A stretch of 32,000 nt of DNA, taken from Dubosiella newyorkensis (GTDB lineage: Bacteria > Bacillota_I > Bacilli_A > Erysipelotrichales > Erysipelotrichaceae). Positions 1-9,620 of the stretch are shown one piece after another (the first letter of the stretch is position 1; every line of letters starts with the position of its first letter). The notes under the pieces are model-generated. The model was not told the DNA's origin. It saw nothing but the letters and a program-made list of their open reading frames with translations, and ran no database searches. The translations under genes and the position numbers were made by a program. Location: positions 25,131-57,130 of the forward strand of contig NZ_MPKA01000060.1 in assembly GCF_001945605.1 (NCBI RefSeq), given 5' to 3'.

Positions 1-1080
1 CGCATACAGCAAAGCGAAGATCGGAACCCCTAAGAACATGCCGATCACGCCAAAAAGCGAACCCCCGATCGTGACTGAAAACAAGATCCAGAATCCGGAA
101 ATGCCAAGTTTATCCCCTAAGATCACTGGCTTGAGGATATTGCCATCGATCTGTTGCAGTACCAAAATGAAGATCGCGAAGATCAGGGATTGCCACGGGT
201 TGATCAGCAACAAGATCACGATCACCGGGATCGCTCCTAAAAATGGGCCAAAGATCGGAATGACATTGGTCACCCCTACGATAAAGCCGATCATCGGCGC
301 ATACGGAAAGCGCAGCAAAAGCATCACAAAATAACAGACGATCCCAACGATAAAGGAATCGAGCAAATTGCCGACGATATATTGCTCGAATACAGTTTTG
401 GCGTCATGAGAAAACAAGGTCAAATAGTTGGCGATCTCTTTGGAAAAGATCGAGTAGTTGATCTTCTTGACAGCGCGGACGAGCGATTCTTTATCGAGCA
501 AGATATAGAAAGCGGCCGCGATCGCGATGATGATATTCATGAGTTCTTTCACGAAACCAAACGAGAAATCGGCGATCTTCGGGATATAGTTCTTGATCCA
601 AACGGAAATGCTTGGCAGCAAGTCGAGCTCGCTGAACCATTGTTCGATCGTTTCGGTCGAGATCTGTAAGTTTTTCGCTAAAAGCTCTAAATACGATTGG
701 AGCGTGCTCGAATACTCTTGCACATTGCCCATGAATGTTTTAAGCGAATCGACAAGAGAAGGAACGACCATGCTCACGACCAATACGAACAAGCCGATCG
801 CTAAAACGAAGATCACGATCTCCGATAAGATCCGCTTCGCGCTCGTTGGCAGCTTTGTTTTTCCCAGCACTTTTTCTTCAAAAGTCATAACGGGCTGATT
901 TAATATAAAGGCGATCGCAAACCCAAGGATAAAAGGAAATAAAATATGAAAAAGCCGGCCGATGATCGAAAGGACACCATCAAAGCGGCTGATCAAAACA
1001 AACACGAGGATCGCGATCACAAGAGATGAAGAATACACGATGATCTTTCGGCGCATCTCTTTGGTGACTTCTATATGCAT
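1..1080 (-). CDS. AI-2E family transporter (PerM/UPF0118-like permease); C-terminus runs off the left window edge
   Basis: Absent from the supplied ORF track because there is no stop in the window. My reverse-complement translation from the ATG at 1080-1078 reads MHIEVTKEMRRKIIVYSSSLVIAILVFVLISRF... It has many hydrophobic segments and the family-typical stretch GVTNVIPIFGPFLGAIPVIVILL. A GGAGG (revcomp of 1086-1090) lies 5 nt upstream of the ATG. The + strand ORFs 38-334, 382-669 and 593-898 are shadows of this gene. Confidence 0.8.
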   Translation of the reverse strand, partial: MHIEVTKEMRRKIIVYSSSLVIAILVFVLISRFDGVLSIIGRLFHILFPFILGFAIAFILNQPVMTFEEKVLGKTKLPTSAKRILSEIVIFVLAIGLFVLVVSMVVPSLVDSLKTFMGNVQEYSSTLQSYLELLAKNLQISTETIEQWFSELDLLPSISVWIKNYIPKIADFSFGFVKELMNIIIAIAAAFYILLDKESLVRAVKKINYSIFSKEIANYLTLFSHDAKTVFEQYIVGNLLDSFIVGIVCYFVMLLLRFPYAPMIGFIVGVTNVIPIFGPFLGAIPVIVILLLINPWQSLIFAIFILVLQQIDGNILKPVILGDKLGISGFWILFSVTIGGSLFGVIGMFLGVPIFALLYA

Positions 1081-1177
1081 TTTAACCTCCACTTCTTTCC
1101 AAAATATAGTAGCATATTTTTTCGAAGAATGAACATTACGGACAATGGGATAGAAAAAAAGAATAAAACAAGCTACA

Positions 1178-1933
1178 ATGCAAAGTATGGAAGCTATTTA
1201 TCAAGGAACGATCTCATGCAAAGCGATCATTGAAGAAGCCAAAAGCGAACCGATCGCCCTCTATGTCGATCCTCTTAAAAAAACAAAAGATATCGCCTAC
1301 ATCATCGCCATCGCCAAACAAAAAAAGATTCCCGTCCTCTATAAAACAAGAAAAGAGCTCGATGCGCTCGCCTCTTCAAAGAGCCATGGCGGCATCGTTT
1401 TGAAAGCCAGGCCAAGAAGTTTACCTACGCTTTCAACACTTTCAAAAAAAGAAGGCATGCTTTTTTATGTAGAAGGAGTCGAAGATCCTTATAATCTAGG
1501 CAGTATTTGCCGAACGCTGTATGCAGCGGGCTGCAATCTGCTTATCCTGCCAAAACGCGATTGGACTAACGCCTATAGTACGATCTTAAAAGCAAGCGCT
1601 GGCGCATTTGAGCGATTAGAGATCGCGATGGCTAGCGAAAAAGAAGTCGTCGCTTATTTGCAGGAGCACCAAATTCCTTTATATTGCGCCTATCGGAACA
1701 ATGCCCTTTCGATGGCTTCGTTCAGCTATGAAAAAACGAACTGTATCGCAATCGGTGGCGCGCTTCGCGGCCTTTCTAGGACGATCTTAGAAGCGAGCGA
1801 TCAAAATTTATATATTGAATATGGACGGGAGTTCCGCAATGCTTTAGATAGCGCAAGCGCCGTAGCCGTATTCGCTTTCGATGAATTGAGCAAGGAGAAA
1901 AAAAATGAGAACCAATCAAGAAAAACTAGTTAA
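1178..1933 (+). CDS. SpoU/TrmH-family RNA 2'-O-ribose methyltransferase (RlmB-like)
   Basis: ORF of 251 aa. Motifs: EGVEDPYNLGSICRTLYAAG, IAIGGALRGLS, and a C-terminal ALDSASAVAVFAFDE segment resembling the three SpoU methylase motifs. The start may instead be the ATG at 1187 (MEAIYQG); neither ATG has a Shine-Dalgarno sequence. Confidence 0.75.
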   Translation: MQSMEAIYQGTISCKAIIEEAKSEPIALYVDPLKKTKDIAYIIAIAKQKKIPVLYKTRKELDALASSKSHGGIVLKARPRSLPTLSTLSKKEGMLFYVEGVEDPYNLGSICRTLYAAGCNLLILPKRDWTNAYSTILKASAGAFERLEIAMASEKEVVAYLQEHQIPLYCAYRNNALSMASFSYEKTNCIAIGGALRGLSRTILEASDQNLYIEYGREFRNALDSASAVAVFAFDELSKEKKNENQSRKTS

Positions 1934-2756
1934 GATCGCAGTGTCTGGCACAGTCGATCATCCTCGTATCGGAGGGTATCGAGTTGGATACGATGGAAAA
2001 GGAAGGATCCCGATCGGAACAGGCGGGATCGTCTATTCGCATGCGATCGGCGATTCTTGCATGGATGTCGTTGGCGATCATATCGAACCTGGCATCTCTT
2101 TAGCCAATCCAAGTCCGAAAGAAAACCACGCCTTGGAGACTTTCGCTTGTCTAGGTAATGAAGTCAAAGTGCTCAGCGGCCCAAAAAAAGGAGAAAAAGG
2201 CTATGTGACTGGCACGCATGGAGGAATCGATCATACGATGGTCTACTTTCCAAAGGAAGTGCTGGAGGAAATGGATGGCAATGAAACCTTTTTAGTCAAG
2301 GCTTTCGGACAAGGTTTGAAGCTTCTCGACTACCCTAGCATCTATATGATGAATATCGATCCGAATCTGCTTGAAAAAATGCCGATCCAAGAACGAGAGG
2401 ATCATATCGTTTGGCCAGTGGTCACGATCGTGCCTGCGTATTTGATGGGCTCTGGTCTAGGCTCTTCGACATTGATGGAAGGCGATTACGATATCATGAC
2501 CCAGGATCCTAAAGCCAATGAACGCTTTGGATTAAACGATCTGCGCTTTGGCGATTTTGTCGCGATCCAGGATCATGACTGCACCTATGGACCAAACTAT
2601 CAAGAAGGCGCTGTGAGCATCGGCGTGATCGTTCATTCCGATTCCTTTACGAGCGGACATGGACCTGGGGTGATGGTTGTCGCCACAAGCAAAGAGGGAA
2701 AGATCGAGCCGATCATCGATCACGAAGCCAACTTAAAGAAGTATATGGAACAATAA
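1905..2756 (+). CDS. Conserved hypothetical protein, DUF4438-like as far as I can recall, with a KOW-like motif
   Basis: ORF of 283 aa. AGGAG lies 8 nt upstream of the ATG. The ORF overlaps the 3' end of the methyltransferase ORF by 29 nt. The segment GNEVKVLSGPKKGEKGYVTG looks like a KOW/SH3-barrel signature. The family assignment is from memory only. Confidence 0.65.
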   Translation: MRTNQEKLVKIAVSGTVDHPRIGGYRVGYDGKGRIPIGTGGIVYSHAIGDSCMDVVGDHIEPGISLANPSPKENHALETFACLGNEVKVLSGPKKGEKGYVTGTHGGIDHTMVYFPKEVLEEMDGNETFLVKAFGQGLKLLDYPSIYMMNIDPNLLEKMPIQEREDHIVWPVVTIVPAYLMGSGLGSSTLMEGDYDIMTQDPKANERFGLNDLRFGDFVAIQDHDCTYGPNYQEGAVSIGVIVHSDSFTSGHGPGVMVVATSKEGKIEPIIDHEANLKKYMEQ

Positions 2757-2785
2757 GCATTCATTCTCTACGTGAATGCTTTTTG
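2756..2785 (+). terminator. Rho-independent terminator after the DUF4438-like gene
   Basis: Perfect 8-bp stem AGCATTCA (2756-2763) / TGAATGCT (2773-2780), 9-nt loop, followed by TTTT. Confidence 0.65.
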
Positions 2786-2811
2786 CTTGTCGAGTGTTGT
2801 ATAATAAAAAC

Positions 2812-4932
2812 ATGCCTTTTATCCAAGTATATGTAGAACCACTCGCTCTATCTTTGAATCAAATGTTCACCTATCATTCCAAAGAAAAATTAGAGCGAGG
2901 AATACGAGTCAAAGTTGAATTCAATCATAAAGAAATGGTGGCGATCGTCATGGGCGAATGCGAGAAGCCCACGGACTTTCAAGCCAAAGAGATCTTGGAA
3001 GTTCTTGATGAAAAACCGCTTTTGAACGACGAGCTCTTCGAACTCGCCGAATATATGAGCAATACGTATGTCGCCAGCAAAATGAGCTGCTTCAAAACGA
3101 TGCTGCCTCCCTCTTTACGTGTTCAATCCAAAACAAAGCCGATCATCATGGAAGAATGGTTTGAACAAGGAGAAGGGATGTCTTCTTTAACACCAAAAGC
3201 CAAAGAACTCTTTGAAAAACTGCAGCCGATGCTTCCGATGCGCTCTTCTCTTTTCCGCAAACAAGCCAAGACCCATACGAAGCAGCTTTTAGAAAAAGGC
3301 TATATTCGCTCCATCAAGCGCGAAAAACAAGAAGAGATCGCCTCGGATTATGAAGAAGATCGACCTCCGATCTTAAGCGAGGATCAAGAAAAAGCGATCG
3401 AAACGATCAGAAACGAAGAAAATAGCACGTTCCTTCTTCACGGCGTGACAGGCTCAGGAAAAACGGAAGTTTTTTTACAGCTGGCCAAAGAGACGATCGA
3501 GCAAGGCAAGCAAGTGCTCTTTCTCGTTCCGGAAATCGGATTGACGCCATTGATGATCCAACGCGTCAAAGCCCGCTTCCAACAAAAGATCGCGATTTAT
3601 CATTCTCAACTTAGCGCCTCCGAAAAATATCAGCAATACCAAATGGTCAAAAACAAGGAAGTGCAGATCGTTGTCGGGACCCGCTCGGCCTGTTTCATGC
3701 CCTTTCATGATCTAGGCCTCATCTTGATGGATGAAGAACACGATACAAGCTATAAACAAGACGCGATGCCAAAATACCATACCCGAGATATCGCCTTGTT
3801 TCGCAGCGCCTACCATCACTGCAAACTCGTTTTAGCAAGCGCCACCCCTTCGCTCGAATCGTATGCAAGAGCATATAAAGGTCTTTATACGCTTGTCGAA
3901 TTAAAAAGAAGGATTGCTAAATCGATGCCAAAGATCGAGCTGGTCGATCTAAGGGAAGGCGAGGTAGAGGGTGGTCTTTCAAAGAACTTGCTCGATAAGA
4001 TCCAAGATAGGCTCGCAAAAAAAGAACAAACGATCCTTTTGCTCAATCGAAGAGGCTATTTGCCGGTGATGAAATGCAGAAAATGCGAAGAGACGATCCT
4101 TTGTCCAGATTGTGGAATCGCCCTCTCGTATCATCGAAGCGAGAACACGCTAGTATGTCATTGTTGTGGAAATACATATCCTAACACGAACACATGCCCG
4201 AAGTGCGGCTCTCACGATTTTTATCAACATGGCATGGGAACAGAGAAGCTGGAAGGATCGATCCAAACCAAGTTTCCGGAAGCCAAGATCGTTCGCATGG
4301 ATGCCGATACGACCCGTAAAAAAAACGCCCATCAAAAACTTTTGAAAGCGTTTGAAGAAGAGGGGGATATCTTGATTGGTACGCAAATGGTCGCCAAAGG
4401 CTTAGATTTTCCGAATGTCACGCTTGTTGGGATCCTGCAAGCCGATGCTGGACTTGTCAGAAGCGATTATCGAGCCAATGAAACGACGTATGAGATGCTC
4501 GAGCAAGCCTCTGGAAGAGCGGGAAGAGCCGATAAAGAAGGGGAAGTGCTTATTCAGACGTTCGATCGCTCGCACTATGTCATGGAAAGCGTGCTCAACC
4601 ATGATTATCGGAAGTTTTTTCAAACCGAAATGCAGTACCGGCATCTAGGAAACTATCCACCCTTTACCTATATGGCAACATTGATTTTTTCTCACGCAGA
4701 ACTTTCTCAAGCGCTTTTCGAGGCAAGGAAAGTCAAAGACGAGCTCAAAGAGCAACGGGTGCTCGGGCCGATCGAAATTTCGATGCGGCAGAAAAAAAAG
4801 CGCGTTCGTCTGCTTCTCAAAGACAAAAGTCAAGAACACTTGGAAACGACGATCTGGGCTTTGGCCCATCGTTATAAATCGAACGCTGTCAAACTCGAGA
4901 TCAATATGCATCCATTGATGCTGGAGGAGTGA
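2812..4932 (+). CDS. priA: Primosomal replication-restart helicase PriA
   Basis: Walker A GVTGSGKTEV, DEEH box (LMDEEHD), and a Cys-rich zinc region CRKCEETILCPDCG...CHCCG...CPKCGS. I prefer the start at 2812 (MPFIQVYVEP) over the track start at 2776, because 2776 lies inside the upstream terminator hairpin. Confidence 0.9.
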   Translation: MPFIQVYVEPLALSLNQMFTYHSKEKLERGIRVKVEFNHKEMVAIVMGECEKPTDFQAKEILEVLDEKPLLNDELFELAEYMSNTYVASKMSCFKTMLPPSLRVQSKTKPIIMEEWFEQGEGMSSLTPKAKELFEKLQPMLPMRSSLFRKQAKTHTKQLLEKGYIRSIKREKQEEIASDYEEDRPPILSEDQEKAIETIRNEENSTFLLHGVTGSGKTEVFLQLAKETIEQGKQVLFLVPEIGLTPLMIQRVKARFQQKIAIYHSQLSASEKYQQYQMVKNKEVQIVVGTRSACFMPFHDLGLILMDEEHDTSYKQDAMPKYHTRDIALFRSAYHHCKLVLASATPSLESYARAYKGLYTLVELKRRIAKSMPKIELVDLREGEVEGGLSKNLLDKIQDRLAKKEQTILLLNRRGYLPVMKCRKCEETILCPDCGIALSYHRSENTLVCHCCGNTYPNTNTCPKCGSHDFYQHGMGTEKLEGSIQTKFPEAKIVRMDADTTRKKNAHQKLLKAFEEEGDILIGTQMVAKGLDFPNVTLVGILQADAGLVRSDYRANETTYEMLEQASGRAGRADKEGEVLIQTFDRSHYVMESVLNHDYRKFFQTEMQYRHLGNYPPFTYMATLIFSHAELSQALFEARKVKDELKEQRVLGPIEISMRQKKKRVRLLLKDKSQEHLETTIWALAHRYKSNAVKLEINMHPLMLEE

Positions 4933-4937
4933 TGATC

Positions 4938-6188
4938 ATGGTTAGAAAATGGATCTTGAACGCATTGTACGCTGTTATCTTTGAACACGCGTATTCCAAT
5001 CTCTATCTCAAACAAAATTTACATCAAGTCAAAGAAAAAGACCGCAAACTAGCGACCCAGATCTTCTATGGAACGCTGCAGAACTACCGCTATTGTGAAG
5101 CCATCTGGAAGCAGCACGCCAACACGAAGCAAAAAGTGCCTCTCAAGATCAAGATTCTTTTAACAATGTCGGTCTATCAGATGCTCTTTTTAAAAAAAGT
5201 TCCTTCGTATGCGATCATCGATGAAGCCGTCGAGATCGCTAAACAAACAAAAGTCCATACAGCCGGTTTTGTCAACGCGATCTTAAGGAAGGTCGAAAAG
5301 GATCCAAGCCTTCCAGAACAGGATCCTCAACATTCGCTCGCTCTTCGCTATTCGCTGCCGGATTGGCTTATCAAGATGTGGATCCACCAATATGGCGAGC
5401 AAAAAACAGAAGAGATCGCGAAAGCCTCCAACGCTTCGCTTCCCTTGAGTATCCGACGGAATTTGATCGATACTAGCGAAGATGAGATTCGCTCGCTTTC
5501 TGTGATGGAGCTTCTTCAAGACCCCATCTATCTCTATTCGGGTGGCGCGATCTATGAAAACCCTTACTATAGCCAAGGAAAGATCTCGATCCAAGACGCA
5601 GGCGCGTATGAGATCGTGCGCTTTCTCGATCCGCAAAAAGAAGAGCGGATCTTGGATACGTGCGCTGCGCCAGGAACAAAGACGATGGCAATCGCTGAGA
5701 GGATCGAAGGAATAGGAGAGATCACGGCTTTGGATCTGCATGCCCATCGAGTCCAGCTGATCGAAAACGATATCGAACGGCTGCATCTTCATAATGTGAT
5801 CGCCCAACAACAAGACGCGAGCGATCTAGAAGGTTTTGGCTTGTATGATCGGGTGCTTTGCGATGTGCCATGTTCTGGTTATGGTACGCTTTCAAGAAAA
5901 CCAGATATCAAACTGGAGATGAAGCCGGAAGACATGGATTCTTTGATCCCGCTCCAATACAAGATCCTAGAAGAAGGCGCGAAACACGTCAAATACGACG
6001 GGATTCTTGTGTATTCGACATGCACTTTGAACAAAAAAGAAAATGAAAAACAAATCGAGCGCTTTTTGAAGGCGCACAACGATTTTGAAAAGGTCGATGA
6101 GAAAACACTGTTTCCAACATCGATCCATAATGGATTTTATATGGCCAAATTAAAAAGGAAGGAAGACGTTCATGAAAAGCATCTATGA
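4938..6188 (+). CDS. rsmB: 16S rRNA (cytosine967-C5)-methyltransferase RsmB (Sun)
   Basis: N-terminal NusB-like region, SAM motif DTCAAPGTKT, and catalytic DVPCSG and VYSTCTL motifs. GGAGGAG at 4923-4929 favours the ATG at 4938. The track starts at GTG 4929, which overlaps the priA stop. Confidence 0.9.
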   Translation: MVRKWILNALYAVIFEHAYSNLYLKQNLHQVKEKDRKLATQIFYGTLQNYRYCEAIWKQHANTKQKVPLKIKILLTMSVYQMLFLKKVPSYAIIDEAVEIAKQTKVHTAGFVNAILRKVEKDPSLPEQDPQHSLALRYSLPDWLIKMWIHQYGEQKTEEIAKASNASLPLSIRRNLIDTSEDEIRSLSVMELLQDPIYLYSGGAIYENPYYSQGKISIQDAGAYEIVRFLDPQKEERILDTCAAPGTKTMAIAERIEGIGEITALDLHAHRVQLIENDIERLHLHNVIAQQQDASDLEGFGLYDRVLCDVPCSGYGTLSRKPDIKLEMKPEDMDSLIPLQYKILEEGAKHVKYDGILVYSTCTLNKKENEKQIERFLKAHNDFEKVDEKTLFPTSIHNGFYMAKLKRKEDVHEKHL

Positions 6189-7218
6189 TCTGAATTACGA
6201 TCAAATGAAAGAATTTGCTCAAGATTGCGGGTGGAAGCCGTTTCGCGGACAGCAGATCTTTGAATGGCTGTATCGAAAACGGGTCGATTCGTTTGAGGAA
6301 ATGAGCAATTTATCCAAAGAGACCCGAGATTTGCTGCAGCAGGAATTCGCGATCAATCCTCTCAAGCTCGTCAAAAAACAAACAGCGAAAGATGGAACGA
6401 CGAAGTTTTTGTTCCAGACCGAAGATGGGGCGTTATTAGAAAGCGTGCTCATGTATTTTGATTATGGAAGAAGCGTCTGTGTCTCGTCCCAAGTGGGATG
6501 CAATATGGGATGTGCGTTTTGCGCGAGCGGATTGACGAAGAAAAAAAGAAATTTGACAAGCGCTGAAATGGTCGCGCAAGTGATGTATGTACAAAAGGAG
6601 CTCGACAAACAAGAAGAGAGACTCTCTCATATCGTTGTGATGGGAACAGGGGAGCCTTTTGATAATTATGACAACGTGATGAATTTTTTATCGACGATCA
6701 ATCACGATCGAGGCTTGGCGATCGGCGCTCGCCATATTACGATCTCGACTTGCGGGATCGTGCCGATGATCTATCGATTCGCGGACGCAAAATATCAATA
6801 TAATTTAGCGATCTCGCTGCATGCGCCGAATAATACGCTGCGCGATCAGCTCATGCCAGTCAATCACGCCTATCCGCTCGATACGCTCATGGAAGCGATC
6901 CGGTATTATTGTTCTAAAAACAATCGTCGGCTTACCTTTGAATATATCCTGCTTAAAGGGATCAATGATCAAAAGCAGCACGCCAAGCAGCTTGCCCATC
7001 TTTTAAAAGGGTTGAACGCTTATGTGAATTTGATCCCTTACAACAGCGTGGACGAAAAGAAGTTCAAAAGCGTCGATCACGAGGAAGCGATGGCGTTTTA
7101 TGATCAATTGATGAAGGAAGGCGTCCGGGCGACGATCCGTAAAGAACATGGAAACGATATCGATGCGGCATGCGGACAGCTTCGCATCAAAGAAATTCGG
7201 AAAGGAAACGGGGAATGA
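6172..7218 (+). CDS. rlmN: Radical SAM 23S rRNA/tRNA adenine-C2 methyltransferase RlmN
   Basis: Radical SAM motif CNMGCAFC (CxxxCxxC), GTGEPFDN, and C-terminal DIDAACGQL. Overlaps rsmB by 17 nt. Confidence 0.92.
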   Translation: MKSIYDLNYDQMKEFAQDCGWKPFRGQQIFEWLYRKRVDSFEEMSNLSKETRDLLQQEFAINPLKLVKKQTAKDGTTKFLFQTEDGALLESVLMYFDYGRSVCVSSQVGCNMGCAFCASGLTKKKRNLTSAEMVAQVMYVQKELDKQEERLSHIVVMGTGEPFDNYDNVMNFLSTINHDRGLAIGARHITISTCGIVPMIYRFADAKYQYNLAISLHAPNNTLRDQLMPVNHAYPLDTLMEAIRYYCSKNNRRLTFEYILLKGINDQKQHAKQLAHLLKGLNAYVNLIPYNSVDEKKFKSVDHEEAMAFYDQLMKEGVRATIRKEHGNDIDAACGQLRIKEIRKGNGE

Positions 7219-7964
7219 AAGTTTGTGGGAACACCGATATCGGCTTAGTGCGCAAAAGCAACGAAGACGACTACTGTGTCACCAAAAATCGCAATGGTGA
7301 TTGGCTAGCTGTTGTTTGCGATGGCATTGGCGGCAGCCAAGCCGGCGAAGTCGCGAGCCATATCGCTGTGAATTGTATTTATGAAGAATTCATGAAGGCG
7401 CCAGATCTTAGTAAAGATAAAAGAGTGAGCGTCTTCATCCAAGAAAGTTTGAATAAAGCCAACGACAAGATCTATACGAAATCGATGCATAATAAAAAAC
7501 AAAGAGGCATGGGAACGACTTGTGTCGGGGTGATCATCACCAAAAAAGGTACGTATATTTTCAATGTCGGCGACTCAAGGCTCTACGCGCTCTATCCAGA
7601 TGGATTCATTCAAATGAGCGAGGATCATTCTGTGATCGCTCAGCTTCTAAAAGAAGGCAAGCTCTCCTACGAGGAAGCAAAAGGCCACGCCCAGCGCAAT
7701 ACATTGACATCTGCCTTAGGCGTTTGGCGCGTCTATCGGATGGATCTGCATAAGATCGCCAACAACTATAAAGCGCTCATTTTATGTTCGGATGGTTTGC
7801 ATGGATATGTCGACGATTCGGAAATCGAGGCAGTGCTAGCTTCTGAGATCTTTACGCTTCAGGAAAAGGTGAGCATCTTGATTTCGCGCGCGAATCAAGC
7901 GGGCGGTTTAGATAACTGCACGATCGTTATTTTAGAAAAAGAGGAGGGCGATCTGCATGATTGA
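7215..7964 (+). CDS. stp: PP2C-family Ser/Thr protein phosphatase (Stp/PrpC)
   Basis: MKVCGNTDIGLVRKSNEDDY, VCDGIGG, CSDGLHG, and GGLDNCT. ATGA overlap with the rlmN stop. The track start at 7170 is an in-frame upstream extension lying inside rlmN. Confidence 0.9.
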   Translation: MKVCGNTDIGLVRKSNEDDYCVTKNRNGDWLAVVCDGIGGSQAGEVASHIAVNCIYEEFMKAPDLSKDKRVSVFIQESLNKANDKIYTKSMHNKKQRGMGTTCVGVIITKKGTYIFNVGDSRLYALYPDGFIQMSEDHSVIAQLLKEGKLSYEEAKGHAQRNTLTSALGVWRVYRMDLHKIANNYKALILCSDGLHGYVDDSEIEAVLASEIFTLQEKVSILISRANQAGGLDNCTIVILEKEEGDLHD

Positions 7965-9615
7965 TGTGATCGGAAAACGGTACAAGATCCTCTTTTTGAT
8001 CGGTCAAGGCGGCATGGCGGATGTGTATCTAGCCCAAGATCTCATTTTATCAAGAGAAGTGGCGATCAAGATCTTGCGTCAAAGCTTGGCCAACGATCCG
8101 ATGACCCTCGTTCGCTTCCAAAGAGAAGCGAGCGCGGCATCAAAATTATCGCATCCCAATGTGGTGGATATTTATGATGTGGGAGAAGCGGATGGCTACC
8201 ATTATATCGTGATGGAGTATATTCGTGGCCGGACGCTCAAGCAGCTGATCAACCAGCGTGGGGCGCTTGATTATCATGAAGCGATCTCGATCATGAAGCA
8301 GCTGACCTCCGCGATCGCCAAAGCCCACGCCAATCATATCATTCATCGGGATATCAAGCCGCAAAATGTATTGGTCAAAGATGACGGGACAGCTAAGCTG
8401 ACCGATTTTGGGATCGCGATCGCCAACGACGCGGTCCAGCTGACCTACTACAATACCGTGATGGGTTCGGCGCATTACTTGGCGCCAGAAACGGCGCAAG
8501 GAAAAGAACCGAACGAACAGATCGATATTTATTCGCTTGGGATCGTGTTTTATGAACTGCTCACAGGGGATGTTCCCTTTCGTGGGAACACGCCTACAGA
8601 GATCGCGATCAAGCATCTTCGCGAGCCGCTGCCTTATCCGCGTCTTTTCAATCCGCAGATCCCGCAGTCGGTGGAAAATATCGTGATCAAGGCGAGTGCC
8701 AAAGATGTCAAGGAGCGCTATGAGGACGCTCGAGAAATGTTGTACGATCTCGAGCATTGTCTGGAGGCCCAATATTTGAATATGCCTCGAATCCAGCTCA
8801 AGCATCCTACGATCGATATCATCGAGATCAAGGATGGAGCGATCCGCACCAATCCTATCCAAAAGGAGGTCAAGCCTGTGGATCCCAAGCCAAATCCGCA
8901 TTCGCTTTTGTTGTGGGGGGCCGGGATCGTTTCGAGCTGCTTGATCTTGTGTATGATCTTGCTTGTGAGCGGGATCGTCCGCTTTAAAGGGTTTTTAGGG
9001 TATGAAGAAATGCCGGATCTAATGCATATGCAAAAAGAGCAGGCGATCCTTGCCTTGCAGAACGCGCATTTTCAAACGGATCACATTGAATGGAAAGAAG
9101 TGGTCCAAGATGATATTCCTGCTGGAGAAATCTATAAGACAAGCATAAAGCCTGGCTCGATCGTAAAAGACGACGCGCCATTGATCGTCGAGATCTCCAA
9201 AGGGCCGAGCTTCATGATCCAGGATTATACGGGCTTGTATTTGGAAGATGTTCAAAGAGATCTTCAACAGCAAGGTGTCGAGCTGAATATGGAGATCGAA
9301 TACAAAGGGGAACCAAACACGTATCCTGGCGTGATCTTAGAACAGAGCGGATTAGAGCCAGGAGACAAGATCGATCCTAGCGCCTATGAGACGATCCGCT
9401 TTGTCGTGAGCGAATATCCGACGATCATCATCCCGGATACGCTGATCGGTATGGATGTTTATGAGGCGAAAGAGTATTTGAATGGAGAAGGGATCGCGGT
9501 CAATTTAAGAAAGACATCTTCGTCTTCTTCCAATAAAGTGATCAGCGTTACGCCAAAACCAGGATCAAGCTACACGCAGGAAGGAACAGACAGCGTCGTC
9601 ACGTTGTATTATTAA
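7957..9615 (+). CDS. prkC: Ser/Thr protein kinase PrkC with three extracellular PASTA repeats
   Basis: Hanks kinase motifs GQGGMADVY, HRDIKPQN, DFG and APE. One TM segment (LLLWGAGIVSSCLILCMILLVSGIV), then three ~65-aa PASTA-like repeats. 8-nt overlap with stp. Confidence 0.92.
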   Translation: MIDVIGKRYKILFLIGQGGMADVYLAQDLILSREVAIKILRQSLANDPMTLVRFQREASAASKLSHPNVVDIYDVGEADGYHYIVMEYIRGRTLKQLINQRGALDYHEAISIMKQLTSAIAKAHANHIIHRDIKPQNVLVKDDGTAKLTDFGIAIANDAVQLTYYNTVMGSAHYLAPETAQGKEPNEQIDIYSLGIVFYELLTGDVPFRGNTPTEIAIKHLREPLPYPRLFNPQIPQSVENIVIKASAKDVKERYEDAREMLYDLEHCLEAQYLNMPRIQLKHPTIDIIEIKDGAIRTNPIQKEVKPVDPKPNPHSLLLWGAGIVSSCLILCMILLVSGIVRFKGFLGYEEMPDLMHMQKEQAILALQNAHFQTDHIEWKEVVQDDIPAGEIYKTSIKPGSIVKDDAPLIVEISKGPSFMIQDYTGLYLEDVQRDLQQQGVELNMEIEYKGEPNTYPGVILEQSGLEPGDKIDPSAYETIRFVVSEYPTIIIPDTLIGMDVYEAKEYLNGEGIAVNLRKTSSSSSNKVISVTPKPGSSYTQEGTDSVVTLYY

Positions 9616-9620
9616 CAAGT

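Noticed and set aside
38-898. Three + strand ORFs from the track (38-334, 382-669, 593-898)
   Set aside because: They overlap a continuous minus-strand reading frame that translates to a convincing AI-2E permease. The + strand products are low-complexity and have no RBS.
5283-5813. 176-aa minus-strand ORF antisense to rsmB
   Set aside because: This has the same shadow-ORF pattern. rsmB on the + strand carries all the diagnostic methyltransferase motifs.
8146-8901. 251-aa minus-strand ORF antisense to prkC
   Set aside because: It lies entirely inside the kinase domain coding region and has an Arg/Leu/Asp/Ile-rich composition typical of antisense frames. I recognise no motifs and no start context.
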